Assembly (NCBI RefSeq): GCF_009914755.1
Contig: NC_060938.1
DNA: 64,000 nucleotides
Source: the human T2T-CHM13v2.0 reference genome, Homo sapiens
Reading direction: 5' to 3' (one strand)
The position numbers were made by a program, and so were the translations under genes. Shown in pieces: positions 1 to 10,699 of this stretch. The notes under the pieces were generated by a model that ran no database searches, had not been told where the DNA came from, and saw only the letters and a list, made by a program, of their open reading frames with translations. Numbering within the stretch: position 1 is the stretch's first letter; each line of letters opens with the position of its first letter.

Positions 1-1660
1 TGAACTCGATCCAGGCAGAAGATTCACATCATCAACTTGGTGCTAAGCCCAGCAACGTGTCACAATCCCTTCTGTGTAAAGGGACCAGGCAGGAGAAGAG
101 AATCACATTACCAGGCTGATGAGCACAGAGATATGTCACAATGCCCCTGTAAGGCAGGGCCCAGGCTGTTGGGTTACATAGCCTGAGTAGTGGACCCAGC
201 AATATAACACAGTGTCCCATATGGGCAGTGCACAAGCCGGAGAGTCACATAACCTGGATGCGAGGCCAAGCTATATATAACAACGCTTCCTGAGGGCAGC
301 GCCAAGGCAGAAGAGGAGACTCACATCTCCGGGTGCGAGGTCTAGCGATATGTCAAAATGCTCACTGTGGGCAGTGCCAAGGAAGGAGAATAGAGTTACA
401 CCCTCAATGTGCTGGATCCAGCAATATGTTAATATCCCATCTGTGGGCTGGGTCCATGTGAGACCATCAAGTCACTCAGGTGCTAGGCACCGGCAAATTT
501 CACCATGAAAGCTGCAGAATGGTCCAGGAATTAGATTAACAATCCCACAACTGTCTCAGTTGTAGGCATGACATTCAACAACTCCTGTATGTTGGGTCTA
601 AGCTCACGAATAACCCTCTCAACACCAGACTGGATTTGTGCATGAGAGTCTCAATTCCTCTGCAGACTGACCTGTGTTCCCGTGAGAGGATGACAATAGT
701 TACTGTTGGCTGGGTGTGCATATGAGTGTCACAATCTCACCTGTGTGCTCGGCCCAGTTAGCACGCTCTGTGTACTACCCAATGGCCCTATACACTATGC
801 ATGAGAGTCGCAATCAACTTTGACACCTTCCTAATGGTAGGGACCCATGATCGTACTTGTAGCATTAAGCCCGGTATGAGAGTCAACATCATTACAATTA
901 ACTAGGTCAGGATAGGAGAGTCCTCCCTTGCCTATGAGCTGAGTTTAGATGTGGGCCACCATTTCAACTCTGGTTGAATGTTTATATATGAACACGGGCC
1001 TAACACCGAGGTGATGTGAGTCTTTGGCCTAGACACTTCAAGCAGGAGGCAAAGTGACATATCTCTGGGTCTATCAACTATTTGATGTGACCTTCCTTTT
1101 TTACCTGAGCTTTCCCCATAAAAGAGATATGACATATGTCTAGACAAAGCACCTGGGTGATGTGACTCTCCTTTATTGACTGAGCCCTGTGTATTTTGGG
1201 TATTCTGACGTATCCCTGGACCTAACTTCTGGAAGATAAGAAGATCCAACATGGGCCCTGCCTAAAAAGTTTCTTGTGACAAATTTCTACATGAATCACC
1301 TTGGAGATTTGACTCTTCTCTCTTACCCGAGTTTTGCCCATAAGAGAGATTGTTACGTACCTCTGCAGCAAGCACCTAAATGCTGTGGCTCTTCTTTCTT
1401 GCCCGGGTCATGCCCACAGATGAAAGAGTGGCTTATCGCTGTGTCCAGCACACCGGTTATGTGATTATGCTGCCTGATCTCTGCTCACAGGAGCCATTGT
1501 GACATATCCCTGGGGCCAGAAACTATTTAACACGACTATCTTCAATGACCTTAACTTGGTGCCTGGGATAAGTTGTGACATATCTCTGGATCCAGCACCT
1601 AGGTGATGCGACTCTCCTTTTCTGCATGGGCTATGCTTACAAGAAGGAGGCTGACTTATT
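1..1660. repeat. Diverged beta-satellite-related (BSR-type, ~35/70 bp) tandem repeat of the kind found in KRAB-ZNF clusters
   Basis: Recurring motifs GAGTCACAT, ATATGTCACAAT and GGGCCCAGGC in forward orientation up to ~930, and their reverse complements (GTGACATATC, AGGTGATGTGA) from ~1000 on. Family name is from recall. Confidence 0.7.
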
Positions 1661-1664
1661 GCTG

Positions 1665-2575
1665 TGTTGACAAGTGATGTGATACCTCTGTTCTTGTCTT
1701 CTTAGTTTTTAAGAATTTAAACAAGAGACACAAGGAAAAAAAGTACAGCATAATTTATTGGAAAAGAAAATACTTGAAAGTTAAGTGCAGATTACAGTAC
1801 ACCCTGAGAGAGATACTCCAGGGCGGGCTGCTCGTAAGAGTGAGACAGCGTGGACTGTCGCTGGAGAAACCCCCTTACGGGAGTTTTACATTATTATTAA
1901 TAAGGTGGAGAGAAGAGGAGTTGCTTATAAGCATGTTCTGAGTGATATTCTGGGTGCACATACGCAGTGACTATACATGCTTGTTCATATGTTGCATGTC
2001 TCGTTAGCATCTTAGATCTCCACCCAGGAGTGTATTTCTGTTTGTTTGTTTGTTTGTTTGTTTGTTTGAGACAGAGTCTCGCCGTGTTGCCCAAGCTGGG
2101 GTGCAGTGGTGTGATCTCTGCTCACTGCAACCTCCGCCTCCTGAGTTCAAGCCATGCTCATGCCTCTGCCTCCAGAGTATCTGGGATTACAGGCATGCAC
2201 CACCATACCCTGCTAATTTTTGTATTTTTAGTTGAGACGGGATTTCACTATGTTGGCCAGTCTAGTCTCAAGCTTCTGGTTTGAAGTGATCCATCTTCCT
2301 CAGCCTCCCAAAGTGCTGGGAGTACAGGTATGAGCAACCTTGCCTGGCTACGGCCTATATTTTTTGCTATTAAAATAAGCGAAAGTTAAGTTTGAGGACA
2401 GGTGAAATCAAAATGCACATGCTTTCTAGAACAGAAAGTCCTTAATGAGGATAACTTTGCTTGAATAAGCCCAATTACAATTCGAATGCTACGGCTTATT
2501 GTGTTGGCTGTACAGTCACCATGGTTTCTGTATCCTGAGATCATGGTCATTTTCTGTACTATCTATTCTGCCTCA
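1665..2575 (-). mobile_element. ERV1 3' LTR, interrupted by an Alu
   Basis: Aligns by eye with 5015-5500 (TGTTGA..TGATGT..TTCTT..AAGAATTTAAACA..AAGTACAGCATA). Has TG..CA ends, a minus-strand AATAAA near 1755 and a purine-rich PPT-like tract at 2576-2590. Confidence 0.85.
2036..2349 (-). mobile_element. Alu (S-type) with (CAAA)n tail inside the 3' LTR
   Basis: Alu consensus sequence. Absent from the paired LTR at 5015-5500. Confidence 0.95.
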
Positions 2576-2734
2576 ATTTCCCCATAAGAGATTTTAGGGC
2601 AATAATCATATTGGAGGTTGAGGGGTTAGGCCATTATTTCTGGAGCTGTTTCCTGCTGAGTGGGTGTTACTTCTGCCTAGCCTGGGCCTTAAAGTTTCTT
2701 CCTGTGTGATCTAACAGGGTGTAAACCATGTCGT

Positions 2735-3180
2735 TCATGGAACCAGTGGGAAGATGTTGGCAACCAAAGGTTGAAAGCCTTGCAAAACCATCATGCAAAC
2801 ATGGAGTTGCCGTAAGCAAGAGAGCAAGAAATCAGTTAACATTTTAAACAAAATTGGAACAAAACTAAAAGCTGAAAATATAATAATGACGGGTACTATT
2901 AAAGAGAGCAAGGCAGACAATGGACATTGCTTTCATGTTCCCATGGAAGTTCCTAGAGATTCAATTTTGTCTGCCTGGGTGATGATATTATTAATATTTT
3001 CTTCGACTAAACCAGACTGATTGATCTCAAAAACAGCATTCTTCTTTTAGATATAAACATGTTCCTCTTTACCCGGCTGGGAGAAGATCCCAGGCTCTTT
3101 GGTTTTGTCGGACTACAGTGGCCATGGAGTCCAGATGTTGCTGAAGTCTATTGAGGCCCTCTGCTGCTTGTTGGGGACAC
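2735..3180 (-). pseudogene. ERV1 env TM-subunit remnant
   Basis: Minus-strand translation LQQHLDSMATVVRQNQRAWDLLPAG*RGTCLYLKEECCF contains an ISD-like segment and CX6CC. It is followed by a hydrophobic anchor (ORF 2735-2920). Confidence 0.9.
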
Positions 3181-3269
3181 ATTGAGTTTTCCTGAGAGAG
3201 TTTCTATTGGATTCCCGAGGCTCCACCTTATGGTGACATTTGTGCTGCAAAGGAATTCTGCATTGAAAT

Positions 3270-4146
3270 GGTGAAAGCAGCAAAAGTTTTAAGTCTTTTC
3301 TATTTTTTTGCCAATAAGCAAAAGTTTTCTGCAGCTACGTGGTCAGCAGTCATTGGGTCCATTTATGGATGGTGAAGTTGAATGGTGGTCAAAGTTGGAG
3401 CCTGGAAGGCTTCAGTAAATGCGCTGAAGTTCTTTGGGAGCCATCAGAGCTGTTGCTTGCATTGGATTAGATCATTTATTGAGAAGAGAACAAGCACTCT
3501 GATGGTCCTCTCTCCATTTGGGACTTTCTGTAAGGGGATCAAATTCTCTGGCCCTGCATGGGGTGAAGTTCCACCGCGAGTAACTACAGCTGGGCTGGTC
3601 ACTATTATACCTGGCAAAGGCTGATAGAGAGGAGCATAAGGAGGAGGTGAAACAAGCTTACATTCTACAGAAGACTCTGATAGTGTGGGGATGCTGCGGA
3701 TTCTACAGGAGGTGTAGGCTCCTGAGGGTCCCTATCTGGAGCTGGTGTTGGGCTGTTGGGTCTGGGGTCCCTTCCCCTTAATAAGAGATGATCTTCTAAT
3801 GCTTCTGAGGGGCTTTGTGGCTTACTAGGCTTTAGCCCACAGGTGCTGCATAGAGCTGGGTTTTGTTGTCAGGCCATAAAGGTTTGCACATAGGATATTT
3901 CAGACCATTTTCCCTGATTTCTACAGAAAAGATCTAGCTGTAGGAGGGTGTTAAAGTTCACAGTCTCATTCCCCAGCCATGTTTTGTGAGCTAATCTGTA
4001 TGCAAGCTAAATAGTATTACAAAAGAAGATAAGTTTTTTCTTTTTTTTTTTTTTTTTTTTTTGGTTCATCTAGCCAAAAGCTGTTTCAATTTTTAAATAT
4101 ACATCCCAGGGGTGTTTCAATGACAGTAGAGGAAGCGGCTCCCATG
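3270..4146 (-). pseudogene. ERV1 gag (MA and partial CA) remnant
   Basis: MGAASSTVIETPLGCIFKN*...LIFFCNT...FNTLLQLDLFCRNQGKWSEISYVQTF is a HERV-W/HERV9-like gammaretroviral matrix signature, with stop codons. Confidence 0.85.
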
Positions 4147-5014
4147 GTGCCGACAGAATCTTGCAACGTCAGAATATGTACTAAAGTCCAGGAGGCCATG
4201 GGCATCACAATGGGACAAGTGGAACCACCAAGGTGTCCAGCACAGCCCCTCGAGACCCCATTAACTGAAGCTCTAGGAGGTCATAGGCATTTGCCATACA
4301 CCGTCCTATCTCTCACCAGCGCTGCACATCTCCAGCCCTGCCGAGATGACCCCCACTGCTGGCTGGGGGGCAGATGTCTGGCTGACAAGCCTTTCCCTAA
4401 TTTACTGGTTTGCAATTTATGATGCCGAATTATAACAACTGCAATGCTCAGATTCAAACCCCACGACCGGGCATCTACATGACTTTGAGTCGTTTGTTCA
4501 GCAAAGAAAACCTGTTGAAGAACAATTTCAAGGAGGTGGGAAATGCATAAAGCCTGAAGGGACAGGGTTCTCTTAATATTCCACTCAAAACAAAACAAGA
4601 CAAAACTGTAAACAGAAAACCCGATCAGAAAATAAAGTACAATAGCCACTAGGTGGCGATCGAGTATTGCCGAAGGGACAGCAAACGATAAGCTGAGTCT
4701 GAAGTGTGGCCAGAAAGATGTGAAACTAAGCAGCAAACTAGCCCGAATATGAAATGTTGAGAGCAACCCATGCGGTGAGTGTCATTTATGGATAGTACAG
4801 ATGCAGCAGCCAAAAGGAGAGCAGACATATATTCTCTCTCTAGAGAATATAGGTGATTTAAACACGTTTCCCCCAGAACTTTAGTGAAACAGCGCTGGAA
4901 CAACCAGCGATAGTTAACCAGGTAGTCTGGAAGTGCCATAGTATTCACTGCAAGAAAAGGGAAACTGAAATTAATGAAGCAGACAAACCTCTCTCCGGGC
5001 CATGGCAAAAGAAA

Positions 5015-5500
5015 TGTTGATGGCTGATGTAATACCTTGGTTCTTATCTTCTTAGCTTAAAAGAATTTAAACAGGAAACATGCAGCAAAAGAAGTACAGC
5101 ATAGAGTAATTTATTGCACACAAAAAAGAAAAGAATACGTTGAAAATCAAGTGCAGAATAGACGGTACAGTCTGAGAAAGAGATTCCAGGGCAGCCTGCT
5201 CATAAGAGTGAGACAGCATTAATTGTTGCTGGAGAAACCCTCCTTCTGGGAGTTTTACATGATTATTCATAAGAAGGTGGAAAGAAGTGTTATAGAAGGC
5301 ATGCTTTGAGTGGTCTTCTGGGTGCACATGTGCAGTAGCTGTACATATTTTTGCATATGTTTCATGTCTCATTAGCATGCAATGACATTTCACCCAGGAA
5401 TGTGTTTTTACTTGTTCAAATGAGCAAAGGTTCAGCTTGAAGACAGATAAAATCAAAATGCACATGCTCTCTAGACGTAAAAGTCCCTACTGAAGATAGT
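5015..5500 (-). mobile_element. ERV1 5' LTR, truncated on the U3 side
   Basis: Homologous to 1665-2450, with homology ending near 5500. A degenerate PBS-like sequence lies at ~4995-5012. Confidence 0.85.
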
Positions 5501-6299
5501 GGGTTTCAAACGACCCCAAGTGCTCCACAACTTAAAAGTCGCTCCCACGAACCTGGAACACTATCTGTTCCTGAGGGATCAGGTCCCATTTGTGTCTCTG
5601 AGACACTGGCAAGTGAGGCACGACTTGGGATGAGACCGATGATTTTAATTGTAAAATGCCTAAATAGTCAGCAGCTTCAGTTTACATTTTGGAGCTTGTC
5701 CACTTAAATGGGTTGATGAAAATGGCTCACAAAACTCACGCCTTGGAAAGCGGGTTTTCTCCCTTGCTCTTAGATTTTCTGCAACCCATTAAACTAACTT
5801 CCTGATGCCTCGACTTTCACATTCGTGAAAAAGGCGCCATTGAGAGTGACGTTTCCAGGAAGGCTCAGCCCTTGTCAGCCCCTGCAGAGCTCTGAAGCTG
5901 TTCACAAGCAGGCCATGTGGAAGATTTCTCTCAAAAGCCATTGAGCACGCGCTCTGGCTAGAGAAAAAAGAGGGCTGCTGCACAATGGACAGTGTCTCAG
6001 ACATCAGGACAGTTTCCACAGTAGTTTAGGAAAGAAGGCAGTGCCCTGAGCTGCAGAAGGTGCAATGCTCTGGAAGGAACCCTGGGTGCAGCTGAAAGAG
6101 GAACCTGAGAAGCATAGGGCCAATCGGGTGAGGATAACCCGCCTGATTTGGGCAAAGGTAAGGTGCCTACATAGGGTAATACCCTCCTCAATGCTCAGCC
6201 CAGACCTGTCCTCCAGGTCCACCTCTGTACTCACTCTCTGTGGCAAAGAGTCGGCATAGCATAAGAACTCAGCAATGCTTTGGACACTGGGAAGTCCAC

Positions 6300-7585
6300 A
6301 CCGCTCTGTCCCTCCCTCCAGGTCTATGCACCCCGGATCCCGGTATATGCTGAGATTATGGTTCTGAAGCCCACCGACAAATAGGCTGAGAGCAGTTAAC
6401 GGACTACAGCTCCCAGCATATTAGGTGGGGCATGTACAACTTTGCCCCTTCTTCCAGGGCTATGCCTTACCCCGGAGACTGGCGCATGCTGGGATTGTAG
6501 TCCTGTAGCCATTTGACCAAAGGGCTGGGAGTGTTTATGAGAATACAACTCCCAGCAATCCTAGGGAGGAGCACACAGCCCCGCCTCTTCCCCCAGTGAT
6601 ACGCATTGTCCCTGAGACAGGTGCATGCTAAGATTGTAGTCCTGAAGCTCTGCGACCAAAGGGCTGGGAGTGTTTATGAGCATATATCTCCCAGCAAGCC
6701 TAGGAAGACGCACACAGCCCCGCCTCTTTTTCCACTGACGCGGACTGTCCCTGACCCCAGTGCATACTGGGATGGTAGTCCTGCATCCCTGTGATGAAAG
6801 TTCTGGGAGTCTCTATGAAACTACCTCTCCCAGGAAGCAGAAGGAGGGGTCCACAGCCTAGCCTTTTCCTCCAGTAATGCGCACTGTCCCTGAGCTGGGT
6901 GCATGCTGGGATTGTAGTCCTGCAGCCCGGTGATGAAAGGTCTGGGAGTGTTTATGAGACTACATCTCCTACCAAGCCCAGGAGGTGCACACAACCCTGC
7001 CTCTTTCTCCAGTGACGCCAACTTTCCCTGAGCCCGGTGCATGCTAGGATTGTAGCGCTGCAGCCCTGTGACAAAAGGGCTGTGAGTGTTTATGAGACTG
7101 CATCTTCCACCAAGCCCAGAGAGGCGTGCAGAGCCTCGCCCCTTCCTCCACTGATTAGCGCATGCTCCCTCAGTCCCATGCATGCTAGGATTGTAGTGCT
7201 GCAGCCCTGTGACCAAAGGGCAGCCCAGTGACCAAAGGGCTAAGAGTGTGTGAGAATACATCTCCGAAAAAGCATAGCGAGAAGAGCACAGGTCCACTTC
7301 TTCCTCCACTGAGGCGCGCTCTCCCTGAGCACGGTGCATGCTGGGATTGTAGTCCTGAAGCCCTGTGACAAAAGGGCTGGGAGAAATAATGAGACTACAT
7401 CTCCCAGAAAGCCCAGCGAGACGCATGTACCCCTTTCTCTTCCTCCATTGAGGCGAACTGTCCCGGTGCCCCGTGCATGCTGGAATTGTAGTCCTACAGC
7501 TATGTGATGAAAGGGCTGGGATTGGTTATCAGAATGCATCTCCCAGCAAGCCCAGCGAGGCACGCACAGCTCCACGTCTTCCTCC

Positions 7586-7636
<51 letters not shown>

Positions 7637-9454
7637 CCCTGAACTCGCTGCATGCTGGGATTGTAGTCCTGCAGCCCTGTGACCAAAGGGCCAAGAGTGT
7701 TTATGAGACTACATCTCCCAGAAAACGTAGGGAGAGGCACACAGCCCCACATCTTTTCCCAGTGACGCATACTGTTTTTGATCCTGATACATACTGGGAT
7801 TGTAGTCCTGCAGCCCTATGACAAAAGGTCTGAGAGGCTTTATGAAACTACATTTCCCAAGAAGCGCAGCGAGGTGCGCAGAACCTTCCCATCCTTATCC
7901 AGTGAAGGGGAATGTCCGTGAGCCCCAAGCATGCTGGGATTGTAGTCTTATAGCACTGTGAGCCAAGGGTAGGGAGAGGACACGAGACTACATCTCCGAG
8001 AAAACCTAGGGAGACGCACACAGCCCCACATCTTTTCCCAGTGACGCATGCTGTTTTTGATCCTGATGCATTCTGGGATTGGAGTCCTGCAGTCCCGTGA
8101 CAAAAGGTCTCAGAGTCTTTATGAAACTACATTTCCTAGCAAGTGCAGCGAGGTGCACACAACCTTCCCCTCATTCTCCAGTGATGTAGACTGTCCGTGA
8201 GCCCCAAGCATACTGGGATTGTAGTCTTATAGCACCGTGACCAAAGGACAGGGAGAGGCCATGAGACTACAACTCTCAGGAAACCCAGCAAGGCGCACAC
8301 TGCCCGGCCTCTTTCTCCTTAGACTAGCGCACTGTCACTGAGCTGGGTGCATATTAGGAATGTATTCTTGCAGCCCTGTGAGCAAAGAGCTGGGAGTGTT
8401 TATGAGAATACATCTCCCAGTACTCCCAGGAGGTGCACACAGCCCTGCCTCTTCCTGCAGTGACTAGCGCACTGTCCCTGAGCTGGGTGCATGCTGGGAT
8501 TGCAGTCCTTGGCGATCTATGACCAAAGGGCTAGGAGTGTTAATGAGACTACATCTCCCAAAAAAGCAGAGTGAGAAGCGCACAGCCCTCCCTCTTCCTC
8601 CAGTGACGTGTGCTGTCCCTGAGCCCAGTGCATGCTGGGGCTGGAAGTGTAGTCCTTCAGCCCTGTGACGATAGGGCTGCGAGGATTTATGAGAATACAT
8701 CTCCCAGCAAGCCCAGCGAGTAACAAACAACCCCGCCTCTTCCTCCAGTGACGCGCAATTTCCTTGAGCCCGGTGCTGGCTGGGAGTGTAGTCCTGCAGC
8801 CCTGTGACCAAAGGTTTGGGAGTATTTATGAGAATACATATCCCACCAAGCCCAGCGAGACGTGTACAATCCCTCCTCATCCTCCAGTAACGCGCACTAT
8901 CCTTGATCTTGGTGCATACTGGGATTGTAGTTCTGCGGCCCTGTAATGAAAGGTCTGGTGACTTTATGAAACTACATCTCCCAGCAAGCCAAAGGAGGCA
9001 CACAAAGCTTTGCCTCTTCATCCAGGCACACGCACTATCCCTGTTCCCGGTGCATGATGGAAATGTAGTCCTTCAGCCCTGTGACCAAAGGGCTGGGAGT
9101 GTTTATGAGACCGCATCTCTCAGCAACTAAAGCAAGGCCTGCACAGCCCCGCCTTTTCCTCCAGTGACGCTCACTGTTCACTAAGGAGTGTTCATGAGAT
9201 TACATTTTCCAGCAAGCCCAGCGAGTTATGCACAGCTCTACCTCTTCTTCTAGCGACGCGCACTGTCCCTGATTCCGTTGTATGCTGGGATTGTGGTGCT
9301 GCAGCCCTGTGACAAAGGGGCTGGGAGTCTTTATAAGACTACATCTCCCAGCAAGCCCAAGAGGCTCTCACAGCCATGCACCACCCCCTCCCGCCCCACT
9401 TTTCCTTCAGTGACGCGCACTGTTCCCTGAACATGGTGCATACTGGAATTCTCC
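6300..9454. repeat. ~139 bp tandem satellite, ACRO1-like, about 23 monomers
   Basis: Anchor GGGATTGTAGTC recurs at ~6491, 6630, 6769, 6908, 7046, 7187, 7343, 7481, 7657, 7796, 7936, 8075, 8215, 8356, 8497, 8637, 8782, 8921, 9059 and 9287. The ACRO1 name is from recall. Confidence 0.85.
7591..7634 (+). repeat. (CA)22 microsatellite within a satellite monomer
   Basis: Read directly from the sequence. Confidence 0.98.
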
Positions 9455-10077
9455 TGTTGCGGGATTCAGGAGGACGAGACAGACCTCAGGTTGAAACAGG
9501 AGAATCTTTATTGAGTGCACTCAGGACCAGCTGACTCACGTCAAAAAGACCGGGCCCGGAACAGAGACAACACCTGACTTTTATACACACTTCACAAAAG
9601 GGGGTGGGCTAGCTTGAAGCGAGCTTACAGTGGCGTGAAAGCAGGAATACAGAGGCAGGACAAAGACAGGATTGCACATGACCGTTGCCAAGCAACCCAC
9701 ATGTCCATTATCTAGGTTTCCCTGGGCATGGGCTTATCCTATAACCCTCACTATGGTTCCCAAACAGCTGTAGTTCAGCCTACTCAGGCTTCTCATGACT
9801 TTCATTGTACTTCTTCGATAAAACACAATACTTGAAGTCACTAGTTACAGAGAACAAGAATCTATAAACTCATTCCATAAAACAAAGGGAATTTGTTTTT
9901 CTTTTCCCTGTGTTGGGAGAGTGTTGGGAGAACCTCCAGAGCACATTACATAATATTATCAAGAATTTTCCTGGGTCTGGGCTGTGCCTATTGCTGCCTC
10001 TGGGACAAATCAGCCTAATACAAGAAAACTTATTTCTCTTTCCTTTTAATTTCATTTTTCTTTAATTTCCTTCCTTA
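9455..10077 (-). mobile_element. Solo ERV1 LTR (~620 bp)
   Basis: Minus-strand TATAAAAG (~9580) and AATAAA (~9510). Flanked by a 4 bp TSD-like pair CTCC/GTCC, and the satellite monomer resumes at 10078. Confidence 0.8.
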
Positions 10078-10699
10078 GTCCTGCAGCCCTGTGACCAAAG
10101 GACTGGGAGTGCACAGTTACACATCTGTTCACTTGTCATGAGACTGTTTTCCTTTACCCCCATGAACATACTTACCATAGCTTCTTTCAAATCTTATCTA
10201 CAGATTACAGCAACTTGCACATCTTGAGAATAGGTTCTATTGTCTGCTTTTTATCTTGTGAACCGATTACATTTTCATGCTTCTTCACGCATCTCATAAA
10301 TTTTTAAATTGTGTGATAGGAACTACAGGGACTCTGGATTCTGTTGTATTTCTTTGAAAATTATTATTTTATGAGGGTGTTAATTTGAATAGATGCAAAC
10401 CCCAATCCTTATCTCTTCTACAGTGGCATAGCTAAAATCTTCATTCAGTTCTTCTAAACAGTGTGCGTTTCTATATAGCAAAATATAGTATTTTATTAAG
10501 CTTTATTATAGTATCTGTGAAACAGTTATTGAACAATCTACTCTACTTCATTATTACTGGAAGCCAGAACCTCAGTTGTGTTCACTTTCTGGATTTTATA
10601 TAAGTGAAATTGTACAACATGTATACTTTTACTCTACTTTCTTCTATGCAACTTTATATTTATGATATTAATTCATCCTATTGCAGATAGCTATAGTTT

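Noticed and set aside
6821-9130. ORFs of 176-201 aa with repeated peptide motifs
   Set aside because: They are translations of the satellite. The 139 bp period is not a multiple of 3, so frames are not maintained.
6300-9454. CRISPR-like array of palindromic repeats
   Set aside because: The intervening sequences are homologous to each other rather than unique spacers, there are no cas genes, and the DNA is primate.
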